A stretch of DNA of 64,000 nucleotides from a virus, in IMG/VR virus record IMGVR_UViG_3300027899_000012, positions 1 through 64,000 of that record; one strand, written 5' to 3'. The notes beneath the pieces are model-generated. The model had not been told where the DNA came from. It worked only from the letters and a program-made list of their open reading frames with translations, and searched no databases. Both the position numbers and the translations under genes were made by a program. Shown here piece by piece: positions 18,456 to 27,384 of this stretch (its first letter is position 1; each line of letters opens with the position of its first letter).

Positions 18456-19870
18456 TCGTACACCGCCGTGACGTATGCGCTCGCGCCCGTGATGATGAAG
18501 TACAAGCCCGTGTAGGTATCTCCCCCGACCTCGATGGAGACGGGAGAAGCATTCGCTGCAAGGTTCGTGTTGACGATCATGTTTCCGGCAGCAGGCGCAG
18601 CCACCGTGTCGTGGACGACGATTGTCGCGGCGTTGTTGCCCGTGTCAATGATGATCCTGTGCAGACGCCCTGGCCCAATCTTGATGCAAAGCCCTGCCGT
18701 GGCCTGCATCAGCTTGATCATAGGAGAGGTGGACTCGCGGCCCAGGCGCGTGATCGAGCCCGACCACGTCTCCATCGAAGCCGACGTGCCCAGTCCGAGC
18801 GCCAGGAAGGTCGCGGGCAAGTGCTGCGTGCCCGACAGGGGGGCCGTCGTTCCGTTGAAAGTGTGGATCAGGTTTCCATCGATGATGAAGCGCGCCTTGG
18901 AGATCGTCCAGACCACCTCGTAGGCATGACTGTTCTGGTCCACCACGTACTGGTTCACGTCACCGTTGAACGCGCCGCTCGCGACGGTTCTGCCGACTCG
19001 CGATCCGCCGACGTAGCAACTTAGGTTCAGCACGCCTGCCGCGTCCACGTCGAACGTGTAGCCGTCCACCGGGGCCAAGGGAGAGCCCGTCGTGGTCATC
19101 GGACCCCAGATACGTGTTGCGTTCGCGACGACGACCGTGGGCAAACGCACACGCTGGTAGGACCGATGCGCGTTGAGGTTGGTGTACCTCGCTCGCCGCA
19201 CGGTCTGGATCTGCGAGTGTGCGGGGTTCGTGGTTCCGGTCACAAGCGTCACGACGCCAGCGGTCACAATCGAAGCCGTGGCTGGTGCGCCGCCACCGCC
19301 AAGCAGAGCTACCTGCCAGAAGTTTCCGTCGATGCCTTCCGCGACCGTGCCGAACATCGTGCCCACGAGCCGGTAGGGCTGGTTCACATCCTGAAATCCG
19401 TGCGGGCTCATGCGAGCTTCGTCACCGAAGACACTGTACTGCCCGTAGGAAGCGACTCGCAGGTTGTTGTGCGCGTCCGTGGCCCTCGGAAGCGGCTCTG
19501 TGATCGGACACAGGAAGCCCGCGATCTTCACACCGGTCGAGATCGCTGCACCCAGGTTCACCACGCGGATGCGCCAGTACGCTGAGACTGCCTTGACCGT
19601 CGTGCCGATGGGTCGTCCGGGGACGAAGTCGAGCAGATCCGAGATCGTGGCCGTCACGGCCAAGGGGTTGTCATCCTGCTCGATGTACACGCTTCCAGGC
19701 TGGCCCATGGTGACCGTGGCCTGCAGAGCCGCGACCCCCAGCGTGCTCTTCCATGCCCCGGTGAAGCTGCCGCCGATGGCAATGTTCGCCGTGCTGCTGT
19801 TGCCAGCATCGACTTGCACGTCCTGAACGACAGCCACCGACCCTGCGCCGACGATTCCACCAAGGTGCAT
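18452..19870 (-). CDS. Beta-rich putative spike/receptor-binding protein
   Basis: SD GGAGG; HAYEVVW...FIIDG lectin-like domain; C-terminal GPGRLHRIII...GLYFII domain. Confidence 0.7.
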   Translation of the reverse strand: MHLGGIVGAGSVAVVQDVQVDAGNSSTANIAIGGSFTGAWKSTLGVAALQATVTMGQPGSVYIEQDDNPLAVTATISDLLDFVPGRPIGTTVKAVSAYWRIRVVNLGAAISTGVKIAGFLCPITEPLPRATDAHNNLRVASYGQYSVFGDEARMSPHGFQDVNQPYRLVGTMFGTVAEGIDGNFWQVALLGGGGAPATASIVTAGVVTLVTGTTNPAHSQIQTVRRARYTNLNAHRSYQRVRLPTVVVANATRIWGPMTTTGSPLAPVDGYTFDVDAAGVLNLSCYVGGSRVGRTVASGAFNGDVNQYVVDQNSHAYEVVWTISKARFIIDGNLIHTFNGTTAPLSGTQHLPATFLALGLGTSASMETWSGSITRLGRESTSPMIKLMQATAGLCIKIGPGRLHRIIIDTGNNAATIVVHDTVAAPAAGNMIVNTNLAANASPVSIEVGGDTYTGLYFIITGASAYVTAVYE

Positions 19871-19879
19871 GGCGACCTC

Positions 19880-20920
19880 CTACGAGCCCCATCCGTACGT
19901 CACGTAGGCAGTCGTGAGAATTGCGTTATCTCCTCCATCGACAGAACATGTGGCTTGAAATTGCACAAACGGATGAGAATTACTCACGTCCCATGTGACT
20001 GCGATCTTCTGATCCAGATCGATGTTGAGTTTCATCCGCTCTGGTTCAACGCCTATCGTCCATGTACCAGCAGCACCGGCAACGGACGGGTTGTAGATCG
20101 GCAGGCTGTATTCGTCTGCCCCAGCAGAAGTGTGCTTGCCGAGACATCGAATCATGATCCCGGTCATGGCGTTGATGTCGAGATCGATCCACAGCGTGAT
20201 GCGAGTGTACCCTTGCAGAGGGATCTCCGGTCCAACGTCAACCCAGTTCGGCGTGGTGGTTGTGATCGTGATCGGACCACCAAGAGAAAACGGGGTTTGT
20301 ACGTTTCGCGACCAGAGAGGAGCCGTCTCGAACACGCGCACCGCGTTGCTCGCCGCGTCGTATCCCTTGACGTTGACGTACAGGTAGCCGTCCGCGTCGA
20401 TGTTGAACTCGCAGTAGTCTCCGTCCGATCCCGCAGAGTTGATCGGAACGTCTCGACGCACGGCAAGGATGTTCTCGCCCCAGTCGCCCGAGGTGTGCGC
20501 CGTATCTTCCTGGTACAGGCCCCAGGCGGATGGAAGACCGGGAGTCACGGCGATGCCCAGGTCCGTCAGGCCGAACAAACCCCGGGCTTCGATTGTGCCT
20601 GAAGCGGTCGGGTTGGTCCCGCCCGTGAAGCCGATCGTCACGTACACGTCCGGCGACTCGGAAATCACCCTTTTCGGATCGGGCATCACGTTGTTGGCGG
20701 TCTGAATCTCGTGCGTCCCGATCAGTTCGACCGTGCCGGTCTGAATGCGCCAGAGAAACAGAATCAGAGAAGTCGGGTTGCCGGTTGTGACCAGGTTCTG
20801 AACCCGGAACTCCACGATCGACATGTTCGCGGGAAGGGCAACGCCCGAAGCTGCTGCAGGCGGCCCGGGGGCGTCGGCAACGGCAGCAACCAGGGTTCGG
20901 ATCAGGGTCCAGGCGCTCAT
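19880..20920 (-). CDS. Beta-rich putative structural protein, first gene of cassette
   Basis: SD GGAG; EDTAHTSGD.G...LAVRRD...DGDY motif of phage fibre-type proteins. Confidence 0.7.
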   Translation of the reverse strand: MSAWTLIRTLVAAVADAPGPPAAASGVALPANMSIVEFRVQNLVTTGNPTSLILFLWRIQTGTVELIGTHEIQTANNVMPDPKRVISESPDVYVTIGFTGGTNPTASGTIEARGLFGLTDLGIAVTPGLPSAWGLYQEDTAHTSGDWGENILAVRRDVPINSAGSDGDYCEFNIDADGYLYVNVKGYDAASNAVRVFETAPLWSRNVQTPFSLGGPITITTTTPNWVDVGPEIPLQGYTRITLWIDLDINAMTGIMIRCLGKHTSAGADEYSLPIYNPSVAGAAGTWTIGVEPERMKLNIDLDQKIAVTWDVSNSHPFVQFQATCSVDGGDNAILTTAYVTYGWGS

Positions 20921-21020
20921 GAGCGATCTCCGGGGTTCATGGGGACAGAGAATACGCTGACGCGGCCCAACCTACCAGAACGCACTGGTTGCCGCGCGCG
21001 CCAGCGGGTATGCTGGGCGC

Positions 21021-21431
21021 ATGGCCTCGATCCATCGCTCCTCGCTCCTTCGTCAGCCGATGCAGGGCAGCTTTTTCACCTCGACGCGCCGTCGAAAGGC
21101 CAAAGACATGCGCTTGGCGGCGAGCGACGTGTTCAGTCCGATGCCCGGTCCAACCGATGGGCAGGGAGGAGGGACATCTCCTCCTGGTCCGACGGCCACA
21201 GAGGACGGAAAACTCGTCGGAATCGTGATTCGGCAGACGCAGTACTCTTGGTTCGCTTATCGAACGAGCACGTGGGGTGGAACCGATTTCATCACGGACA
21301 CGATGAACAAGGCCCGGCAGTGGTTGGAGGGCGCGTGCGGAGGTCAGGTTCTTCGGCAGCACCAGATCCAGCTGCCAGGCGGGGCATTGGCGACCGAATT
21401 CTGGAACGACTCGTACGTGGCTCCGCCCTGA
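21021..21431 (+). CDS. Hypothetical protein
   Basis: TATGCT-6nt-ATG; fills gap, convergent with recombinase. Confidence 0.65.
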   Translation: MASIHRSSLLRQPMQGSFFTSTRRRKAKDMRLAASDVFSPMPGPTDGQGGGTSPPGPTATEDGKLVGIVIRQTQYSWFAYRTSTWGGTDFITDTMNKARQWLEGACGGQVLRQHQIQLPGGALATEFWNDSYVAPP

Positions 21432-24400
21432 TCAGGCGCTTCGGAGGGCTGCGAAGGCGAAGTCTATCGGGTGAGGCAGCGCGACGCCTCGTTTGGAAGG
21501 CGCATTTCGGATGATGCCCGGTTTCCACCCGTTGGGAACGTAGGACCCCGTGGCGCGGCTACCGGCTCTCTTCCAGTACGCGTACCGTTGCATCGCCCCC
21601 TCCCACCGGATCGCTCTTTCCAGAGGGTGCATGTCGGGATCGTTCGGCCATCCCATCTGCTGGACGATCGGATCGGCCGCGTCGTCGGTGGCAGGCGCTG
21701 GATACTGCGGCCACCTTGGTGCCCAGGGGCGCACGTCGAGCCAAATTGGGGGGCCTTCGGGGTTCTTGAGCATCGTGCTCGTTCCCGGGAATTCAACCGC
21801 GATTACCGCGGCTTTTCGCTCGAACTTCGCTTCGGTCATGGGCAGCAGGTTTGCCCCTGCTTTCGCCTGGCCGTCGCCCCGCTCGGGATACTTGTATCGA
21901 AAACGCAGCTTTCTTTCATCCATGTCCCAGAAAATTCGTGGTCGAAATCGCCTCAGCACCTGCTCGTAGCGGCGAAGCCGGGTCAAGTCGAAAGCTCCTG
22001 CGTAGGTCGGCGTTCCGAGCAAGATGTACTTCGCCGGGCTGCGAACGACGGTCCAGAACAAGTTCGGGTCGAGTTCCAGGGTTGTGTACCCCCTCTTTTC
22101 GGCCGTTCGAGCCATCTGTCCAGCTGCAGCGTCTGCTTCTTCGAGACGCTTTCGTCGCCGCTGCTCTTTTTCCTCGGGACTGAGCTTCGCCTCCCTGGCG
22201 GCCGCTCGTTCGGCCTCGAAGCTTTCGGCGTACTCTCCGGTCTGCTTGGCAGAGACCGGCGGGAAGGGGGAAGGCGGCATCGCTGGGGGGGGCGCAGGCG
22301 CTTCGGGAGCCGCCGAAGGCATCGGAGCAGTGGCCGGGGCTGAAGGCGGCTCCTGGGGCTGCTGGGGCTCGGGGACATCGGGCTCCGCTTCGATCCGATC
22401 GAGCGCCTGCTCTTCGGCTTGACTGCCCGAAACGATCTCCACCATCTCGGGCGAAAGCTGTTCGACGAATTCGTCGATCTCTTCGATCTCGCGATTCCAG
22501 AAAGTTTCGACGGCTTCCGGCGGGATCTGCGTGATCGGTCTCGCCCCCTGCCTGGCGCGGGCTCGATCGCAAAGGCCCGACCACATGACCTTCGAGGCCT
22601 TGATCAACTCGTCGATCGTTTGCGGAGCCTTCCAGCCGGCGTCTCGCATTCGTTTTTCCATCTCGGCCGGGCAAGGAATCAGAGAGGAAAGCTGCAAGTC
22701 GAAGTGCCGGACGATCAAACCCTGAGTCTGCGACTTGAGGCTTCTTCGTCGCCGGTCCCACAGCACCCTGATCGCTCTTCGGACAACGCACTCGGAATCG
22801 GTGCCGTATTTCTCGAACCAGTACCGCTTGGTGGCATCATCGTGAACGATCGTGCCGGCGGCGTTGAATGTCAGCAGGGCCGGATCGAGCAAGTGCTGCA
22901 TTCCGGCCCGTCGATCGAGCGTCGGCGTGAAAGCCGCCTGCACGTCGCTGAAGGGAACGCCTTCGGCCGTGAGCATTGCCGAGAGCCTGGCTTGGATTTG
23001 CTCCTGCAAGTTGGCCGCCGGCAGATCGGCCGTGATGGCTCGAACGTCGATCGTCTTGCCCTCCCACGAAAACTTCGGGAAACGATCGACGAAGAAATTT
23101 TCGATGCGCTTGGCCGAAGCTTCCAGATCGGCCATGTCCTTGGCTCCCGCTTGCCCCCGGGCCTTCGCCTGGTCGAACTGCTGGCGCCACTGCACCAGCC
23201 TGACCAGGATCTGCTCGGTCCACTGGTCAAATCTGACTCGGCTCGGGCGCTGTCCTTGAAGAGCCAGAATCCATCGCTGAAGCTCCAGGCGTTCGGCCGC
23301 CGGAAGTCCAACGTTCTCGTCCGTTAGCGGATCGGGCACGAAGAACCACGGGGGCAGGGTGTCCATGGCTGCGATGGCGATGTTGCCCCGGTTCTTGGCC
23401 GTCTTGTAGCCGGTTGCGGCCACGGCTCCGCCGTAGTCCTCCAGCCAAGCCATGATTTGTTCGACGTGGTGCTCCCGAACAACGCGCGCGTTCGGTGTGG
23501 ACGGAGTCTCAAACGAGATCCAGCTGTCCTTTCTCTCGGCCATGTCCCGGGTGAACTGCACGCTCGCCACGTCAAGAAGCTCGCCCAACCAGATCACGAG
23601 CGCTGCAGCTGCCGTCGGGCCCCGCGTGTTCCAGAATTCGTCATAGAGCCATCGAAGCTCTTCGAGAACGTACGCGTCATCGGCAGTTTCGGGGGCGATC
23701 TGCGCGTACGACAGGATGGGAGCCATCTGGGGTCCTTCCCATCGGTTGGCGCGTCCTGCCCACCAAGGAAGCCGGGACATTTTCCCTATCCGGAAGGTGG
23801 TCCAAAGGTGCCTGGCCCTGGCATCAGCCATCGCATTGAGACCCTTGGCGTACTCGGCCGTGTCTTGAGACTGCTCGGCAGCGGTCACGATCTGCTGGGC
23901 CGCCATTTCTCGATTCTTGGCTTCGATGCTGAATTTCGTGGCCGAAACTCCCGGCAAGTACGCGAGCATGGCGTCGCCAGCTTCGTAGGCCCAGAACGGG
24001 CTGGCAATGACTTGCTCTTTTTCGGGCTCGGACAGGGGAGTGACTCTCTTGGCTGCAGGGCCGCCGCCGCCGGGGGCCGCAGCGAGGGGTTCGGCCTCGA
24101 CGATCTCTGGTTCTTCAAGCGGGCTCTGGCTTCGAGGTTTCATGGAAGCAAGCTCTTCGGCCGTCATTGCAGTCTGCCGGTTGGTCACGCGGTAGACAGC
24201 AGCCGAGAACGCAGCCGATTTCTGAGGAGCGATCTGGATGTACGTCTCGGTCGTGCGAATCGAAAAGTGCCCCAGCATGTCTCGCACGTCCGTCAAAGGC
24301 ATCCCTCCGAGCGTGGAAGCCGTGGCTGCGTAGTGGCGGAAAGCGTGAGGGTGGACACGCTTCATCTCGTGATTGCAGACGCCGGTCTTGCACTGCGGCA

Positions 24401-25841
24401 AGCACTCGGTCAAGCGCCGCACCTCTCCCGTCGCCACGACCCTGACGCGTGCTCGGAGCGCGATGCGATCGATCATGGCTCGCACGCCGGACGTGTCCAG
24501 CCCTTGTCTTGCGTCAGAAAGTGCTTTTTCAGGCTCCTTGTCGGGATTGTTGCACCCCCACCTGGCAAGAGAGGGAACCAGGGGCGCTTCGGGATCCTGC
24601 AGAGCTTTGGCATACAGGGCGTTGTACGTGGGAACGCGAAGCGCGCTCTCGTTGACCATGGTCTTGGTCGCTTCGGCTTCGAGCGCTCCGTTCAAAAGAG
24701 TCCACGCGTCCTTGATTACCCCTGCCATGGGTAGCAAACGAACGAAATTTCCCTTGCCAAGAACAGCGATGTTGAGCACTCCATCGACGACGCGCACGTC
24801 CGATCGAAGCAACCCCGCGAGTTCTTCTGCCCGAACCCCTAAGTACGTGAGCATCGTGAGAGCGAAGAAGTCACGGCGGTTTTCGAGTTGCGCACCGAGC
24901 GCGGCATTGAGCATAGAGCGCACCAAAGGAATCGTCAGACCACGCTGCAGGCCGGATGCTTGAGCGTTCGCTCTCTCAAAGCGAAGTCTCTTGGTCCACA
25001 CAACCGCGGGTGATTTCCAAGGATTGAACACGAGCGCGGGCTCGTCGGGGGTTGTGGGCTTTGCCATCTCGCCCCACACGGCGCTCAAGGCAGAAAGGTG
25101 CGTGCAAACGCTCGAAACGGCAAACGCAGAGCGACCGAGAATCGCATATCGATACGTGTACGGATCCTGCTCGCGCACCGTCCAGTAGGATCCTTCTTCC
25201 CTTCGGATCTCGTTTGCGTTCGGCATGCGCACGATTTGGCGGCACGAGCGAATGAGCCTTCCCATCATCCTGTGAAGCTCGAACACGTTGAGTTCCTGGC
25301 GCGGATCGGTCGAGACCCGAACGAGCCTGTCACGAAGATCCCTCGGGAGAGCTTCCGCGATCTGCACGATGTTGGCTTCGCCGTACTGGCGGCACGACTT
25401 CTCCAGCGCTTCGTAGATGCCCACAAAGTCGTTTCCGAGCGCGGCAACGAAGTAGCGGCGAACGTCGGGACCTGCCTTGTCGCCGTGAAGCCACAACGCG
25501 TACTCGCTCGCTGTGTCGATGCTGATCTCGCGCGGAGCAAGCTCTCGCCCCCAGTTCGCGATGCTGTAGTACGACCACAGTTCCAAGGACTTCAGGTAGG
25601 TGCGGATCGTGTTGTTCTTGTCCTGCGGGCGGTCCTTGCCTCGCCTCTTGCCTCTCGCAGAAGACCCCGAAGCGACCCCGCCAAGCGTCAGCAGCCTCGC
25701 TACCAGGCGCTCGACAGCGGCTGCGTACCTGCTCTTGGAGTACGCCGCGCTCGGTACTTGAGACACGAGCGAATCAGGAAAGATTCCCAGGGCGTCGGGA
25801 CGGTTCGCCAACGCAAGCTTGTCGCTATCTTTCGGGTCCAT
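21432..25841 (-). CDS. Very large tyrosine recombinase (XerC/D-like core plus about 900-aa C-terminal extension)
   Basis: NTIRTY; LGVRAEEL (R); GKG (K); HPHAFRH (HxxR); LGHFSIRTTETY (H,Y). Confidence 0.92.
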   Translation of the reverse strand: MDPKDSDKLALANRPDALGIFPDSLVSQVPSAAYSKSRYAAAVERLVARLLTLGGVASGSSARGKRRGKDRPQDKNNTIRTYLKSLELWSYYSIANWGRELAPREISIDTASEYALWLHGDKAGPDVRRYFVAALGNDFVGIYEALEKSCRQYGEANIVQIAEALPRDLRDRLVRVSTDPRQELNVFELHRMMGRLIRSCRQIVRMPNANEIRREEGSYWTVREQDPYTYRYAILGRSAFAVSSVCTHLSALSAVWGEMAKPTTPDEPALVFNPWKSPAVVWTKRLRFERANAQASGLQRGLTIPLVRSMLNAALGAQLENRRDFFALTMLTYLGVRAEELAGLLRSDVRVVDGVLNIAVLGKGNFVRLLPMAGVIKDAWTLLNGALEAEATKTMVNESALRVPTYNALYAKALQDPEAPLVPSLARWGCNNPDKEPEKALSDARQGLDTSGVRAMIDRIALRARVRVVATGEVRRLTECLPQCKTGVCNHEMKRVHPHAFRHYAATASTLGGMPLTDVRDMLGHFSIRTTETYIQIAPQKSAAFSAAVYRVTNRQTAMTAEELASMKPRSQSPLEEPEIVEAEPLAAAPGGGGPAAKRVTPLSEPEKEQVIASPFWAYEAGDAMLAYLPGVSATKFSIEAKNREMAAQQIVTAAEQSQDTAEYAKGLNAMADARARHLWTTFRIGKMSRLPWWAGRANRWEGPQMAPILSYAQIAPETADDAYVLEELRWLYDEFWNTRGPTAAAALVIWLGELLDVASVQFTRDMAERKDSWISFETPSTPNARVVREHHVEQIMAWLEDYGGAVAATGYKTAKNRGNIAIAAMDTLPPWFFVPDPLTDENVGLPAAERLELQRWILALQGQRPSRVRFDQWTEQILVRLVQWRQQFDQAKARGQAGAKDMADLEASAKRIENFFVDRFPKFSWEGKTIDVRAITADLPAANLQEQIQARLSAMLTAEGVPFSDVQAAFTPTLDRRAGMQHLLDPALLTFNAAGTIVHDDATKRYWFEKYGTDSECVVRRAIRVLWDRRRRSLKSQTQGLIVRHFDLQLSSLIPCPAEMEKRMRDAGWKAPQTIDELIKASKVMWSGLCDRARARQGARPITQIPPEAVETFWNREIEEIDEFVEQLSPEMVEIVSGSQAEEQALDRIEAEPDVPEPQQPQEPPSAPATAPMPSAAPEAPAPPPAMPPSPFPPVSAKQTGEYAESFEAERAAAREAKLSPEEKEQRRRKRLEEADAAAGQMARTAEKRGYTTLELDPNLFWTVVRSPAKYILLGTPTYAGAFDLTRLRRYEQVLRRFRPRIFWDMDERKLRFRYKYPERGDGQAKAGANLLPMTEAKFERKAAVIAVEFPGTSTMLKNPEGPPIWLDVRPWAPRWPQYPAPATDDAADPIVQQMGWPNDPDMHPLERAIRWEGAMQRYAYWKRAGSRATGSYVPNGWKPGIIRNAPSKRGVALPHPIDFAFAALRSA

Positions 25842-25854
25842 GCGGGCGAGACTA

Positions 25855-26583
25855 TCATGGGTACGCTTCGGTCAAGTGCATCTTGCGAATTTCCTCGTTC
25901 GCTTCCTTGCACAAAGCTTCGGCTTCTCGAAGGCTTCCGCGGACTTTCAGAAGCTTTTCCTCCGTCTTGCGCGCGCCCGTTCCCACCACGAATACCTGGC
26001 CGCCGGCCAGAACGGGCTTGGTGACCAGAACGCCCATAGCGATCGCTCGCGTGATGAGATTTTCGAGCCTCTCTCGCTGGTAGGTGTCCCGGGAGCTTCG
26101 AGCTTTCCGTACTCGATGCCGCTTCGCTTCGGGCTCGGCCGTGTCCTCTACGTCGGCCGTCACGTCGTCCTCGACAAGAAGCATCGGCCTGGTGTCGAGA
26201 AAGACGCCCTGCGCCCATTGTCTGAAGCGCATTTCGTCCTCGGACGTGGCCGATGTCTCGGCCGCGAGAACGACGATGATTTCAAGAACTTCCTTGAGTT
26301 CCTGTACCCAGGTGTTCTCGATGGTCGCGCCCAGGCCGTTGAGAAGAGCCTGGATGTGCTCTCTTTGCCGGGCGTCGAGCCGCTGAGCGAAGATCGGAGA
26401 GTTGGCGGCACTTCGACAGGCGACGGCCAGGGCCACCATTCCCGAAGCGGCTTGAAGTGCCCCGGCGGCGCAGCCGTGGAAAGTCATGCTGATTTCGGGG
26501 ATGATCTCGGTTTCCTTGAGGACACTCAAGGCGTAGGAGATGAGGCGCGCGTCCACGTGGCGCCGGACGATGCCATCTGACAT
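25855..26583 (-). CDS. Hypothetical helical protein
   Basis: ORF; TTGACT-18nt-CATGCT-7nt-ATG. Confidence 0.7.
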   Translation of the reverse strand: MSDGIVRRHVDARLISYALSVLKETEIIPEISMTFHGCAAGALQAASGMVALAVACRSAANSPIFAQRLDARQREHIQALLNGLGATIENTWVQELKEVLEIIVVLAAETSATSEDEMRFRQWAQGVFLDTRPMLLVEDDVTADVEDTAEPEAKRHRVRKARSSRDTYQRERLENLITRAIAMGVLVTKPVLAGGQVFVVGTGARKTEEKLLKVRGSLREAEALCKEANEEIRKMHLTEAYP

Positions 26584-26616
26584 GGCGCTTAGCATGCACC
26601 ATGCATGTGATAAGAG

Positions 26617-27384
26617 TCAACGGGGGCGTTCGGCGGGCCAGGAAAAGCACACGGGATGCATCCCTGGCAAGCGAACCTTGACCACAACCGCCGTGCTCGG
26701 GCGGCCTCGGGGGTTGAGCCGCACTATCACCGGAGCGTCCACGGCAACCTCGCCGCCGAACAGAATAGCCATCTTCTTGGCTGTCGTTCCCACCTTCTGC
26801 TGCGTTTCCAGGGCGAACGCATCGGCGGAGGTGTGCGGGGAAAAAGCGGCATCGCTCACGACGATGGGGTTGCAGGCCCCGGTGAGAAGGCAAGCCTTGC
26901 TGGTGATGCCCTGCAGGACGGGACTTCGCACGTCGTAGCCCTGCCCGACGGCGTCTTTCAAAATACCGCCTTCGCGGAGAGCAAGATCGTTGGCGATTGC
27001 CATGCCTTGCAGGATCTGCTTGTTGTCCACGGCCGCCATGAACGAGTGCTCGATTTCGAGCGATTTGGCGATCGCACGCGCGTCGTTCTTTTTCACGTGC
27101 CACGTGAGTGTGGGGGGAAGGGGCAGTCTTTCCTCTCGCAGCAGAAACGCCAGCCCGGTCGTTTCTTGAAACGCAACAAACTCTCGAACCAGCACGCGCA
27201 CCAAGGCTTCGCTCACCCACCCGAACTTCCGACCCTCGTTTCGCGCGGCAGTCGTGAGAAACTCGATCGTGCTGTCCGTGCAATCGTGCAAGCGAAACGC
27301 GATGCTGCAGCCCCGTTGAACCACGAGCCGGATGATCTCCGACGTGCTCACGTCTTTGATGCGATCGGCGCCGACAACCAGCAT
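26617..27384 (-). CDS. Hypothetical protein
   Basis: ATG overlaps helicase stop (TGATG). Confidence 0.7.
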   Translation of the reverse strand: MLVVGADRIKDVSTSEIIRLVVQRGCSIAFRLHDCTDSTIEFLTTAARNEGRKFGWVSEALVRVLVREFVAFQETTGLAFLLREERLPLPPTLTWHVKKNDARAIAKSLEIEHSFMAAVDNKQILQGMAIANDLALREGGILKDAVGQGYDVRSPVLQGITSKACLLTGACNPIVVSDAAFSPHTSADAFALETQQKVGTTAKKMAILFGGEVAVDAPVIVRLNPRGRPSTAVVVKVRLPGMHPVCFSWPAERPR

